NCBI RefSeq assembly: GCF_964204645.1
Contig: NC_134029.1
Span: 10,566,850-10,630,849 of the forward strand
From: Tubulanus polymorphus
Lineage: Eukaryota > Animalia > Nemertea
DNA length: 64,000 nucleotides
Direction of reading: 5' to 3'
Position numbers and translations under genes: made by a program. Within the stretch, counting starts at the first letter, position 1. Every line of letters starts with the position of its first letter. This document shows, piece after piece, positions 1-13,042 of the stretch. The notes below the pieces were generated by a model that saw only the letters and a list, made by a program, of their open reading frames with translations, ran no database searches and was not told where the DNA came from.

Positions 1-118
1 AGTTTCAAGGTCATTGGATTCTGTATATGGTCACCAGGGGGCCTTGAATATTGAAATTGTTAGATTGTTGAGCATTTGGAACCACTTCCCAAGTGGGCAT
101 GGTGTCCCTGGACCCCTA
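1..118 (-). repeat. End of a Helentron-type (HINE-like) element, same family as 41156-42396
   Basis: Reverse complement matches ~41165-41280 (ggatccagggacaccatgcccactt...gcccctggtgaccatatac...gaccttgaaact). Confidence 0.75.
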
Positions 119-209
119 GTTAATATACCGATATATATGTTATATTTTCAGCTTACGGCAAGACCACTTGAACACCTGTCATCCCCAAAAATAAAAATGA
201 TCCTCTTAA

Positions 210-482
210 CCCTTTCAGTGCGTCTACAGCGCAATGCGATGTATAAATTGGTGATGGATTTTGCTAGTGTACTGCAGTGTATTGATGTAATTAGTATTTA
301 GTTTAATATCTCTATTCAAAGATGGCAGCACCTGTCAAACATGAAATATAAGTAACTAACAACACACCGCACCGCGGTGTAGAAACACTTTTCCCGTTAT
401 TCAACACACTAGGGTGGGATTTTTCAAAATTTTCAAATTTTCTCCAGCGTAATAGGGTAATAATAAGTCGGCACTGGAAGGG
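210..482. mobile_element. piggyBac-type MITE
   Basis: TTAA at 206-209 and 483-486; TIRs ccctttcagtgc / gcactggaaggg; shorter relative at 37284-37418. Confidence 0.8.
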
Positions 483-611
483 TTAAGTGACCAAACAAAC
501 TGCACCTTCCCGCTGCGCAAAAGTTCTCGCAGGTTCATTCCGTTATACAAGTTCCATAGAAACAAAAACAGTACAAATCTCATTTTTCTAATGAGTAATA
601 TATATTCATTA

Positions 612-652
612 AGTGAACGTTTTCGGGAGTTACATTATCCGCTCTTCAGGCA
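612..652 (-). ncRNA. Degenerate minimal hammerhead ribozyme motif, probably a Penelope pLTR remnant
   Basis: Minus strand CTGAAGA-gcgga..loop..tccc-GAAA-ACGT-TC; a TATAAATA lies ~45 nt upstream (~691-698). Stem I pairs poorly. Confidence 0.45.
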
Positions 653-1062
653 TAGCGCAAGTGATTAAATTTACATATCATACTGTATGGTATTTATATA
701 GAATAAGACAAAGCTAATTACAAACGATTTCAAATTACTGAGTGATAATTACAATACAAAGATAATTAATTTTTGTCAATTTTTTCTAAATTTGGATTGA
801 TCGCCAATGGTTTTTCTATATGACCTAGCCCTGCGGTATTGCATTTAGCCACCGGCGAAATCCGCCATCTTTTTTCTTGGTGTTCTTGTATATGAACGCG
901 TCGGATTTTTTCGCCAAAAAATCAAAGGGATTAGGAAGTTGAGGGAGTAATCACTCTCGTAACGGTGAGTCTGTTCGGTTTGGGGGCTATCCCTTGTTTC
1001 TTTTTTCCCGAAATAATTAAACTAATTTAATTCAATTTAATTTAATTCATTTGACCGATTAA

Positions 1063-3724
1063 TTGAATAATTATGCCGCCCCTCCTAAAGGTCGGCATCG
1101 TGGCGGTGAGGGATGTGGACAGTTATTCGGTGCCTGGGATGACCACGTTTCGTGTGCGTCGTGTAGGCATAAATCTGGGCAAATCTGTTCTAGGAGTAAT
1201 CCTTGCAAGACTTGCGAGGTTTGGTCCGTGGATCTTTGGATTCGGGCCAATAAGGCTCGGAAGCTGAAATATCGTCATCGAGTTAATAGTAGGGATTCGT
1301 CGGTTTCAGCCAACGTGCCAACCGATGTTTCTAATTCTATTTCAAATCGTATAGCGGAGCGGTTGCCGATCGTACTTGCACAGTCGGCTTCCCAACTCCG
1401 TTCACCGGGGAGGAACGTTAGTTCTCCGGCACCGGTCTCCGGTCAGTCGCTGGTCGATCACAAGTTCAGCCGGTTCGTCCAGTTCAGGGTATATGTTCTG
1501 AACCGAGCGCGCTCCGCGGTAGTCGAGATACCGGCACAAGCTGGCCAGCACCGGTCTGGTCGGTACCGGTCCAGGTACTGGTCCGGTCCAGACGTCACCC
1601 GGTTCTAAACCTCCGGTTCGTACATCGTCTGATTCTGACGTTTCTAATCATAGTCATCGTATATTTCAAATCGTATAGCGGAGCGGTTGCCGATCGTACT
1701 TGCACAGTCGGCTTCCCAACTCCGTTCACCGGGGAGGAACGTTAGTTCTCCGGCACCGGTCTCCGGTCAGTCGCTGGTCGATCACAAGTTCAGCCGGTTC
1801 GTCCAGTTCAGGGTATATGTTCTGAACCGAGCGCGCTCCGCGGTAGTCGAGATACCGGCACAAGCTGGCCAGCACCGGTCTGGTCGGTACCGGTCCAGGT
1901 ACTGGTCCGGTCCAGACGTCACCCGGTTCTAAACCTCCGGTTCGTACATCGTCTGATTCTGACGTTTCTAATCATAGTCATCGTCGCTCCGGGGATAGAG
2001 CTCGCTCTCCCACTAGGTGCAGACGCTGTGAGCATAATAAACGCGCAAGGTCTTCTTCTCGTAGATCAAGGATTGATCACAGCGATTGATCACGGCACCG
2101 GTCTCCGGTCAGTCGCTGGTCGATCACAAGTTCAGCCGGTTCGTCCAGTTCAGGGTATATGTTCTGAACCGAGCGCGCTCCGCGGTAGTCGAGATACCGG
2201 CACAAGCTGGCCAGCACCGGTCTGGTCGGTACCGGTCCAGGTACTGGTCCGGTCCAGACGTCACCCGGTTCTAAACCTCCGGTTCGTACATCGTCTGATT
2301 CTGACGTTTCTAATCATAGTCATCGTCGCTCCGGGGATAGAGCTCGCTCTCCCACTAGGTGCAGACGCTGTGAGCATAATAAACGCGCAAGGTCTTCTTC
2401 TCGTAGATCAAGGATTGATCACAAGAGGGATTACGATCGTTATTGTAGAAAGTTTCCCCGTCCGTCGCCTCATCGTTCGTCGACGTCATTTAGCAGAGGA
2501 GGCGATTCTTCTAGCAGGTCTCGATCCCGTTCGAGGGCGATCCCGTTCGAGGGACCGTCACCGAAGTCGTCATGATCATCGGGATACGGGAAAATTCCTG
2601 ACTCAAAAGGATTTCCATGTATTTAAAGAAAATATTTTAAACTTGTTATCGTCGTCGCAACAAGTCGCTACAACTTCTACAACAGGTAAGCCTATTCCTG
2701 ATTGTCTTGTTAGAAGTTTGCCAGCCGTCTCAGTTATTCGGAATTCTGAGTGAATTCCTGGATGCTGGGGTAGGGTCTGATTTCAATGAGGATCCGGTCC
2801 CAGAAGCGGCAATTCCTTCTGGGGTCGTTCCTGCCGCAAGCAATTTTGGGTTGCCCCATACAATGGGGACTTCCCTGGCTCGCAATGTATCTCCGTCCTG
2901 TTCAGTTTTATCCGAACCAGCGGGGGACATGCCATTTAGAGCATAGATTAGTGAGTTTTTCGTCAAACACGGGGCAACTCGCGCTAAGCCCACAGCAGCT
3001 CCTCTGGTCGGTGAGTCAATGGAAGCTTATCACCCTCTGGACTCTGATCTTAATGTTTTACGCGAATTGTCAGCATTTCAAGAGAATGGGCTCGATTAGA
3101 TACGCAATTATGGGGTGAATGTCGCCCTGGAACGTTTCCCCCTCCAGAACAGGGTATGAAATCTGGAAAATATTTTAGGTCAACCGATCCACCTATAGGC
3201 GCATTTCGCTCGGCGTATTATGCTGTGGATCATAGTCATAACTGCCTGGATGCTGATTACACTATGATCAGCCCGGATACTGTTTCAGTACAGTCGGGTA
3301 TTTGCTTGCCTAAGTCCGGTTTGGTGGCCATGACGTCAATCCTGGACAATGCAGGGTTGTTTCGTTTCAGGATATGACACTTAAGGTGTTGATGGGCGAG
3401 CTTCGCGAAAACTCTCGTCGCCGTCCATGGGGGCTCCGACCCAGTGTCAGTTGCCCTAAAACTAGAGGGAATGGACCAGATTTTCCAATCTTTGGCTCGG
3501 TCTGTTTCACATGTAATTCCATTGTCCGTTCAGGTCAGGCTAATCTTGCGTTAGCCTCCATTCAGTCAGTTATGGACTCTAGTTCCAAAGCTTGTCTACC
3601 AGATATGGTGTCCAATTCTTTGCTCTCCGACGCCGGCGGCGCAAGGTTCGGTAGTGACGCAAACAGGACCAACTCAAACTTCACCGCTTTCTCAGGTGGC
3701 TATGGATGCCAGTTGGAGAACTAG
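1063..3724 (+). pseudogene. DIRS gag-like ORF1, frameshifted, with internal tandem duplications
   Basis: Cys/His-rich N-terminus (DDHVSCASC...CSRSNPCKTCEVW) then Arg/Ser-rich region; broken into several ORFs. Confidence 0.7.
1338..2423 (+). repeat. Near-perfect tandem triplication inside DIRS gag
   Basis: 1338-1660 repeated at 1662-1984; 1751-2081 repeated at 2093-2423; identical peptides recur in the ORF track. Confidence 0.9.
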
Positions 3725-3852
3725 TGCGCAGCTTCAACAATCGCATCAAGCCTCGTCTGGTCATAACAGTTCGGGTTTGTATTGGGGCAAGGGGAAGGCT
3801 CCAAAAAGGAGCTCTTCCTTTCGGAAAAACTCGAAATATATTCTAGGGACCG

Positions 3853-4940
3853 GTGGGAGGTTGTCTGCAGCACTGGTCCAACCTTTTCGGAGACGGTTGG
3901 CCCTCCCGGATTGTCTCTCGCGGCTACCGTCTTCATTTCCTAAGGCGACCGCGCCTGACGAGGTCACCTCCCGACATGCAGCCAAAACCAGGTCAGGAGG
4001 CCTTAATCTCTCCGGCTCTCAAGGAATTGGCCGAGAAGGGAGCGATAGAACCAGTTTGCAACAAAACTTCTCCCGACTGGTTTACTCGATTATTCATGGT
4101 ACCAAAAGCCACAGGGGGTCAACGGACAGTGATAGATCCATCATCCCTCAATCGGCACCTAGACATTCCTAGGTTCCGGATGACCAAACCCAAGGACGTG
4201 ATTCATGGGCTCCGTCTGGGTCAATGGGCGGCTTCATTGGCCCTGAAAGATGCTTAAAATGCTGGCCGTGTGGAAGGCCCTGATGTTCTTTCACAGGAGA
4301 GTGGAGGGCCACCACGTTTGGTTAGCCATGGACAATTCAAAAGTGAGGGCTTACCTTCGGAATCAAGGGGGCACTCACTCAGAAATCCTCATGGATCTGT
4401 CAGCCAAAATTCTTCTTTGGTGCCAGACAAAGGGCATTTCCCTGACTGTGGCACATTTAGCAGGGGAAAAAGGAACGTGATGGCCGATGCTCTTTCTCGT
4501 TGAAGTCAGGCTATTGCAACAGAATGGGTTCTCCACCAAGAAGTAGCCAATTGGGTTCGAGACATGTTTGGCAATCCGCTGCTGGATCTGTTTGCCACCT
4601 GGTTCAATCGGAGGTGTCTTCTGTTTGTTTCCCTGTTTCCAGACGCGGAAGCGTGGGGGGTCGATGCCTTCTCTCTGGACTGGTCGGGGATGCACGCAAA
4701 TGCGGTCCCGCCCACAACAGTCCTCCCGCGCTTGCTGGATCAAATAGAGTGATCAGTCAATTGCAACATAGTTCTGGTAGCACCATGTTGGCCAGCTCAG
4801 AAATGGTTCCTTCCACTTCTCAACCTACTGTGCGACAACCCCAGGAATCTTCCGAATTTCCCATTGCTTCTGTCTCAGTGGAACTTTCGGCATCATCCAA
4901 ACAGCCAGTGGTTAAATCTGCTCACCTGGCCATTGTCCAG
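3853..4940 (+). pseudogene. DIRS pol: RT N-terminus, RT core deleted, RNase H C-terminus, N6-adenine methyltransferase-like domain
   Basis: FMVPKATGGQRTVID...LKDA joins directly to MLAVWKAL; DNS and NVMADALSR (RNase H); DLFA...DAFSLDW...AVPP (MT domain). Confidence 0.88.
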
Positions 4941-5940
4941 CGATCCTTGTCAGCTTCTGGCTTTTCGGAACAGGCTGCCTCTTTTATCGCAGGATCTAAG
5001 CGGCCATCAACAAGTACCATTTACGATGCCAAATGGGGTCATTTTGCGGATTGGTGTGCTGCAGGGAAATTGATCCATGCTCACCCGCTGTAGCTCAATT
5101 GGCAGATTTTTTTACTGCATCTATTTGTAGTAAAAGGTTTGCAGGATATAACTATTAACGGTTACCGCTCCGCGATTTCTCACACATAGCGTGCTTCTGG
5201 ACGGCCAAATGTAACAGGGGATCATCGGATATCCCAGCTTGTTGCAGGGTTTTCCGTTTCCTGGCCTCGAGTACCGAGGATAGTTCCACCATGGGATCTG
5301 TCAGTAAATTTGAAGAAGTTAATGGAGGCTCCATTTGAACTTCTTTCTGCAGCATCATTTGCGAATTTGTCAAAAAAGACTGTATTCTTGCTGCTCTTGG
5401 CTTGCTCGGCCCATCGTTCTGAGATTCATGCACTTTCAGTGCGACAAGGTCATATTGTCTTTGGGCCAGCGAAGGAATTTGTTTTGCTGTGGCCTGCTTT
5501 GGAGTTTTTGGCAAAGAACCAACGGCCAGGCTTGGTTGGTCGTCAATGGCGAATTGAAGCCCTAAAACGTCGAGTGGAACCGGGTCTTCTGGACAGGACG
5601 TTATGTCCTGTACAGGCGTTGTGTTTCTATTTAGATCGCTTTGCTCCACGCAGGGGTTCGCGGGAGCGGTTATTTATTCCCCTGCTGGATCGCCTGAAGG
5701 GTGATATTTCTCGGGACATTGTGGCCCGATGGGTCTCTTCACTGATCAAGGACATTTTATTGAAGGAGAATCTTTCCTTGGAGGGAGTTGTTTCTCATCA
5801 AGTGAGGTCTATGGCTACTTCCTGTGCAGCCTTTTCAGGTGCTCCGTTGGAAGAAGTCTTATCGGGCCGCCTTTTGGAATTCTCCATCGACATTCATGTC
5901 ATTTTATTTACGGGATGTTTCAGGCCAGTTAGGCTCATTA
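4930..5940 (+). pseudogene. DIRS tyrosine recombinase, disrupted
   Basis: RPSTSTIYDAKWGHFADWC, ACSAHRSEIHAL (R), LCPV, HQVRSMATS (HxxR), FWNSPSTFMSFY (Y) spread over several frames. Confidence 0.9.
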
Positions 5941-7813
5941 GCGTCACTAGGGTCCTGTTGTTATGGCTCAAGGTGTCCATTCTTTCGGATCGGACTCTTT
6001 AGCGTAGAATTTTTATGTTTGCATTATCAGGATCACAAGGGGTGTATCCATGTACATAGTTTGAGCTCATATTCGCAAGTATTAATTTTGCAAAATGCGG
6101 GGGGCCCCTGAGCTGGACAGACTCACTGTGGCCAACCGGTCTTCCCTGTGCTACAGTGCTCCATTCCGTGCTTGGGTAAGTGCTCTCTTTTTGCCCTCTT
6201 ACCTTGCGTTTGAGCGGTGGTTTTTCTATCTACCTTTCCCACCATCCTTGTGCTAGGCTAGTATAGCTAAAACCATAGGAAAGGGTACAGTACTCGATGG
6301 AAATATTACAATTTTTGGAACTAAAATTTGTATTTCCGAGTAGTACTTACCCTTTCCTATGGTGGGAATCCCACCCACCTGCCCCGCATAGATACATTTT
6401 TGGGTCTGCTATGACGTAAAAAGATGGGGGATTTCGCTGGTGGCTAAATGCAATACCGCAGGGCTGGGTCGTACAAAAACCATTGCAATCAATCCAAATT
6501 TAGAAAATATTGGCAAAAACCATAGGAAAGGGTAAGTACAAATTTTAGTTCCAAAAATTGTAATTTTCATAAGTAGCACAGACAGCGACTAGAGCTGGCA
6601 GGAACAAATACCTCAGATAAATCTTTTCCCTTGGTCTAATTGATTTGAATGCGGAATAGAATTGAATTTTCTGAAATTAGCTCGATTAAACAAAATTGAA
6701 TTGGATTTGCCGTTTTACCTTGTTCAATAAAGATAAATTGACTTGGATTTGATATTTTTTGGCAGAATATAATTTGATTGAATATGCAGTTTGAGCACAT
6801 CTAATTAGCATATCACGGTCATCCATCCGATTTGAGAAAAAGCTATTTTTCCTGGACTTGGCACAATCGTCAATGATATTTTCTGTAGTGCAAATAAAGA
6901 TATTCCTCCGAAAAGCCAAATCAACTAAAGATTTCACAGAAATCGATATTGAAATACAATTTTAGATCTTAAAATAAAATCTGGAAGTAAAACAGTAGAT
7001 GATACTGCGGTTCACGTGAACACCTGCTGATCTCTGCGGCTAAGCCAATCATAGAGGAGTCTTTGCTCTGATTGACTTTTTAAAACAGATATTTTTGCGA
7101 TCAGTATTTCGCAAAAAACCTCATTATATATTTTAACGAGGCCCTCTTTCAAAATTCAGCTCCATAGGGGTTGGAGAATGGATAATGCTCTAATGAATGA
7201 TTTGTATGAATATATGCTCAGTTGCACAGTCAATGGGCCTTAGCTCTGGAAACCATGTCATTTAAATTTGCTCCATTTGTATAGTAATTGGCTCAGCCTA
7301 CGGCTGGCCTAAAAATGTGCGATTTCTTTTAAGCTTGGTATAATGGGGTAACAAATAAGCTTTCTCATTCATTTATATATATGGCCACCATGACAGACAT
7401 CACAAATTTATTGTTAGCTAGCTCTCTGGTGACATCCATAGTGTTACACCACTTTCTAGTTTTCAATATAATGTATATTCAGGTCACCCTTTCACTTAAA
7501 ATACATTTTTGATGCAAATGATTTGGTGGTATGTTTTTCTTTTGGAAATAAAACTATTGGTTATCTCAACTAAACAAGTCAATCTATGTCTTCTACATCG
7601 GCACCAATTTATCTTAATTGATATTTGTCGACAAATAAAAGCCAGTGGTTCCTTAATTTATTAAAAATATATGACAAAGAATCTTAGATGTGTTCAACAT
7701 GATAAAACAGTATACCTGTGGTTTACTTAAGTAACTGTTATTTGGCTCTCCCAAGTCTTTATTTTTCCGCTTAATTTTTTTCACCCCAATGAATAAATTA
7801 CTTTTTTTAACAG

Positions 7814-7913
7814 GATCTGAAAGAAGCTGTTCTTTGGATTGCTGCTCATCATCATGAAAAACGGGCATTAGAGTTGTTTGCTCGCGAAATTGCGAGTGCT
7901 GGCACTGGGATGG
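7814..7913 (+). CDS. atuA: AtuA/DUF1446-family protein, internal exon (first seen in window)
   Basis: ttaacag|DLKEAVLWIAAHHHEKRALELFAREIASAGTGM(A)|gtgagt; phase 1 joins the next exon. Confidence 0.88.
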
Positions 7914-8916
7914 GTGAGTTTCAGAGGCCAACATTGCTATACACATTTTCATGAATGATAAAGTATTGTTTGTTTGTAAGTACAATATTTTGTTACTAAA
8001 AATACCATCAAGGAGCGGTTACATTTTCGCGAGCTTTTTTGTTGATTCTGGTGAGGTGACAAGTCATATGACATAACAATATCAATAGTATTGAATATTA
8101 GCTATGACACAAATTATCCGACTCTGGAGTACAGAATATGTCCGTAAGCACACATGAGTGGAACAGCTGATATTTGAGCAATAAATCCGGAAATATTGCT
8201 GTGACACGTAGTATGTGAATAGACCGTACAATTTAAATTAACTTGAACGTAATTTCTCTTATCAATGACTCTTTCGAAATGCAATATTCTTTTCGATTTC
8301 TTAGATGCCCAGGCATGTGATAATGTTAAGTTTGCCACTAATTTTGGTTTCCTTGTCAAGGGCTTTCAAGGAAAATTAATTGATTACGCCTCTTGTATGG
8401 CCCGATGACTACTTACTATTCCAGTTTCATTTTCATATGCCCTTCTACAAAGGATTTTATTTCATAATCCGCAATTTAAATATTTAAATCATAGTTGAAT
8501 TCCACAGACATTTAGGATGGATAAAGTGCAATAGTCCTAATGCCTATCGGATGTATGTGCAGGTATAGAATACATCCAATTTGAGCTGTTTGCGCGAACA
8601 GTTTCTCATACGAGCATTTTACAAATTCAACACTTTGGGCCAGGTGAAACTATTGACGGGAGCATTCGAATATGCAAGCTTTAAACCGATCGTTCGAGAT
8701 CGAAGATCATTTTTATAGCTCGAGTACACAAATAGGATATTCAGATATTTTATGAACATCTTTTACAAATTTTACATCAGTAGTTTCACGTATTAGACCT
8801 GATGGATCCACATATCCAGGACCCCCTTCAAAAAGCTGTACGTTATAAACTGATACAGCGAGACCTAAACATGTTATCATTGCTATGCACCTATATTCAT
8901 CTATAATTCTTTCCAG

Positions 8917-9008
8917 CTCCTGGTTTGACGGGAATTGTTGGAGGCCGACCAAAAGTTTCACCAGTTCTACATCTGTACTCGTTTCTTTATCCAAAGGATA
9001 AAATTTCG
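8917..9008 (+). CDS. atuA: AtuA/DUF1446-family protein, internal exon
   Basis: ttccag|(A)PGLTGIVGGRPKVSPVLHLYSFLYPKDKIS|gtaagc; phases match both neighbours. Confidence 0.9.
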
Positions 9009-9406
9009 GTAAGCCTTTGCTTCATAAGAGTCTAGTAAGAAATTGTCAACTAATCAACAAAATTGAATTTCAGTTATTGAGATTGAATAACACTTTTTTA
9101 TCTATGTTTAGAAATAAGTGCAAAAATTTGATAACATCAATTACACTTAAACAGAAATAGCGATTGAGCTTCTTCATAGTATTCATAGTATAGTATTCTT
9201 CATAGTATTACAGTACTGGGCCCGGTTTCACGAAAAAGTGTAAAAATTAAATTTGTTGTAAACCTTAATTCGGTTAAAAATGCTTTAAACCGAATTAGTT
9301 AATTTTTGGTGTAAATCAAGTTTCACGAAAAAGTGTAGCCAGTGAATTAACTAAACTGGTTTAGTGACGTCACCGCATATAATTAGTGTAATCAGCATTA
9401 ATTAAA

Positions 9407-11072
9407 ATGGCGTCACTTCAAAGTTCAGCAAGCGCAACGCTCGTCAGAAACAAGCGAAAGAAGAATTTTACTTCGGCAGAGGCGCTGCTCTTGACGCAGC
9501 TGGTTCAAGAAAATCAGACTGTGCTATTCGGTAAATTCAGCGCGTCGATAACGAAGGTGGCGAAACAGAAAGCGTGGGGTGAAATTGCCGATCGAATCAC
9601 GGCATTAGGAGAGGCTGTCAGGACACCGGATGATTGTCGATCAAAATTCAAAAACGATCAACAAAAGAATCGCTACCAAGGAACGGCAAAGCCTGTCAAA
9701 GACTGGTTGTGGACCACCTGCTATAAACATATCGGAAAGAACGAACATCATTATCGATATGTTCAAAGATTCAAGCTCGTTTCACGGCATCCAAGGCGGT
9801 TGTGAATCGTCAGTTTCAAATGTCGATTCTGCCCTTGATGAAGTTGAAAATGCCAATGGTAAGCTTCTAATCGATAATCTAAATTACAAGTTCAAAAGGG
9901 TATTGGGTGAAAAGTCTTGCTCAGGATTTTTCTGGGCCCCGCAATTTTTCCTCTGTCAACATCACTTCGCTCCGCAAAGTTTGTTTACATCGTTGATATG
10001 GTAACGTCTTCCAGGAAGTCATCGCGATTGATAAATCAATAGGTCTTATAGTCAAACTAATGCGATATGTTCCCTGGCCGACCAGGTCTACATGGAGACG
10101 ATGTTCATGAAACCTTCGAATTCTACTACTACTATACGAGTTTTCAAGTTAGGCTGTCCTACCACTTCTTAGTATGAATTAGATTATAATTCCACGATCA
10201 TGACCTGCCAGAACAATGTTCATGTATTAGAACACGACCCAGACCGTGGCGCATTTTTTCTGATCTGAGGCCGGCGCCGTTCTCTTCAATTAACTCACCT
10301 CACTGATGACAATTGCCTTATGCCTATTAGCTCAAAATTTCAGCTTGAACAGTTGTCATAAATCCTGATTTTGGCAATATTAATTAGGCGTATTTCAAAA
10401 GGCACGCACGCGTGGCTACTGATTGTCTTGATCTGTTCACGCACGCAGTAGACGTATCGTATAGGCCTATATAAGTTTGTAAGCTGCCTAACAAAAAATC
10501 AATCATTGTATCAAACACTTCCAAACTTACTATTAAAAATCATATTTCTCTACGGCTAACTTTTACTTACTGTACATCAACGCAAGTTTTTGCACGAGAA
10601 TAAAAAAACGGTTTTTGAAAACCAAAAAATTTGTCATGAGTTTAAACAAATATAAAAACTTCATTTAGATACATTTTATGTTTAAGAATCTCGTTTCGAT
10701 TAATTTTTTTCAGATTTTGGCACTGAGGGCCCGCCGGTCTTAACTGATGACAAAATTGTCGCCAGCGATAATCAACCATCTCCGGCATCTGTACACGTTG
10801 TTCCTCAAACTTGCGTGGCAGATGCAGGTTCTGATCATCATCGATCGAAGAAAAGGATATCCTCTGCGGACATCACCGCAGCGCAGTACAAAAATCTGTT
10901 TGAGGATCGAAAACGCATTAAATTGGACTGTGAACGGTTGCAGCTTAAGGTCGATTGTCTGAAGTTGGAGAAAGAGAACTTCATATTAAAAAACGCAAAG
11001 CTACAACTAGAAATTTTTGCTTTGCAAAATTCGACGGGTGTTACAATTGAAATGAAAAATCAAGAAGAATAG
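9407..11072 (+). pseudogene. Harbinger Myb/SANT-like DNA-binding protein, 2 exons (~9407-9858, ~10714-11072), frameshift near 9660
   Basis: RKKNFTSAEALLL...KQKAWGEIA...RTPDDCRSKF; GT donor 9859, AG acceptor ~10713; C-terminal coiled coil. Confidence 0.85.
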
Positions 11073-11172
11073 TGCTCCACGATTTGATAGAAAATTTCGA
11101 ATAATTGCAATTCAAATTTTACTCAATTTATTGTTAACATGTTATCTTTTTAATTTTTTGCGAATAGAAAGG

Positions 11173-12708
11173 TTACACAAAGAAGGTGTTCACAAAATAG
11201 TCGCGCATTAGCTTTCCCGTTTGAGGTTCTTCAGCGTGGACCTCCCCAGGGTCGTCGTCCACTCCAATCTCTCCAATTTCTGGTTCATTAAACATTATTG
11301 CCATGTTATGCAATACGAAGCAAGCCATGATAACAGTACACGCTTTCTCCGGTGCTAAGCGTACCTCTCCGTGCAGGATTGCAAAACGTCTTTTCAATCT
11401 TCCGAACGATCGCTCCACTCCTGAACGAGTTCTCTTGTGTGAGATATTATATCTGCAAGAAAAACTAATTCCTCAGAAATAATAGTACAGAGGAAATAAA
11501 AGCGAAAATAAATGGTAAGTGGTAAGGAAGAAATGGAGTCATTAAGTATGGCTTCAACGCATATCCGGAATCTCCCAGTAAAACGCCATCAGTTAAGCCT
11601 CGATGTGTAGCCTCTAGGTGTCTATAGTGTAACAAAATGTGTGATGTTATGACAGCAGAATTGAAAACTACCGGAGAGTTGCGTCAATTAACCGAGTAGA
11701 GTACGGTACTGCAAAAACAGCTCATTGCGGCGCAAGCTACCACAATAATTGTCTTGAAAATAAGATTCAACCATATTTTAAAAAAATTGTAAATATTTTC
11801 CTTGATATATATAATACATTCAAAACTATCAAATACCACAGATCTAATCAACCTGGATGAAGTGAATTCAAGATGTTTGATCTACATGGACTGACTGGAG
11901 TCTTGTACTTACCTACCAAGAGCTGAAGTTCTGAAGATATGGGAATCATGGACAGACCCAAGCCATTTCGCAACAACATTAGTGAATTTTCCTTTAAAGA
12001 ATATTTATAGCGAACATTTTATAAAGCACAAAAGTTTCCGGCCTCTTGAATGACCAATGAAAAATAGAATTGAAATGAAACTAATATCTTGTTGATCTTA
12101 TCTTGGTAACTAGGCCTACTGCATAAAACGTACTCTCTTTATGATTCTTTACCTGTGTGGTCACAGACAGCCTGAACGTTTATGCTAGGATATCGTTTCC
12201 TGTTGATAAAAGCCGGCTCGTCAACTGAAGGCCGGATGATTCTAATGTGAGTTCCATCAATCAATCTAATAGCATTTGGGAACCGGCCTAATTCATAGAT
12301 ACCCTGCTTGGTCGCACTGATTTCTACTTCCGAGTTAGGCCAAACAATGAACCTATCTTTTACACTAACGAGCGCACAACATACTGAATATGCGTTTCGA
12401 GAAACAGTCGCTTTCGAAACACCAATTGTGTCTCCTACCGTTGACATAAACGATCCAGTGGCTAGATATCGTAGCGTTATAAGCACTTGGTGCTCCACCG
12501 AAAGGCTTTTTGAGCGATTGGTAGGACGCTCAAGTTGATCCCTTAATATGTCACATATCTGTCGAACTGAGTTCTTGCTGAATCTGAATCTACTGGAAAA
12601 TTCGTCATCATTATATAAATCCATCGGGGAATTTGGCAAACGCCGAAATACTTGAGGCCTGCGAAGGTATCTTCTCCGAAACATTAAATTACCAAGTAAT
12701 TCCGCCAT
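11173..12708 (-). pseudogene. Harbinger (HARBI1-like) DDE transposase; exons 12708-12153, 11991-11913, 11621-~11530, 11452-11173
   Basis: FRFSK, LRYLATG, IDGTH, NRKRYPSINVQAVCD, WLGSVHDS, LLGDSGY, VERSFGRLKRRF, LHN; exon 3 donor not found, suggesting a small deletion. Confidence 0.9.
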
Positions 12709-13042
12709 CTTAATATCTTCATTAGCAACCTTAAACTGGTTTAAGGATTTTAACCTCATTTGTGATGTAGTTTAAAATTTACACCAAAATTACACCAATT
12801 TTATTTTACACTTTTTCATGAAACTGACTGAAAATTTTACACCGAATATTTAAACTGGATTAAGAGTTTACACTAATTTTTTGAGTTTAACTTTTTCGTG
12901 AAACTGGGCCCTGTAATACTATATACAACAAACAAAAATGATCTATCGAATCAAATCTTTGAGGAATGAAACATCTGTTTGATGCATGGCATGTTTTTAA
13001 CCAGAGCATCAATGAATCCACTTATCCCAACTGGACTTTTAA

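Larger units (their letters stand above)
770..6568 (+). mobile_element. DIRS1-like tyrosine-recombinase retrotransposon, decayed (copy 1)
   Basis: Inverted terminal repeats ~770-875 and ~6416-6519; right-end extension 6520-6568 complementary to an internal complementary region (~6270-6363); gag, RT/RNase H/methyltransferase and YR remnants in DIRS order. Confidence 0.93.
9219..12910. mobile_element. Full-length PIF/Harbinger DNA transposon, probably defective
   Basis: TIRs ggccc(g/a)gtttcacgaaaaagt; CTG TSD at 9216-9218 and 12911-12913; convergent Myb/SANT and DDE genes. Confidence 0.95.

Noticed and set aside
4564-4752. DNA adenine methyltransferase-like domain as a novel cargo
   Set aside because: This is a known standard domain of DIRS1-like pol.
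8713-8994. 93-aa minus-strand ORF
   Set aside because: It overlaps the real AtuA exon on the opposite strand and shows no recognisable motif.
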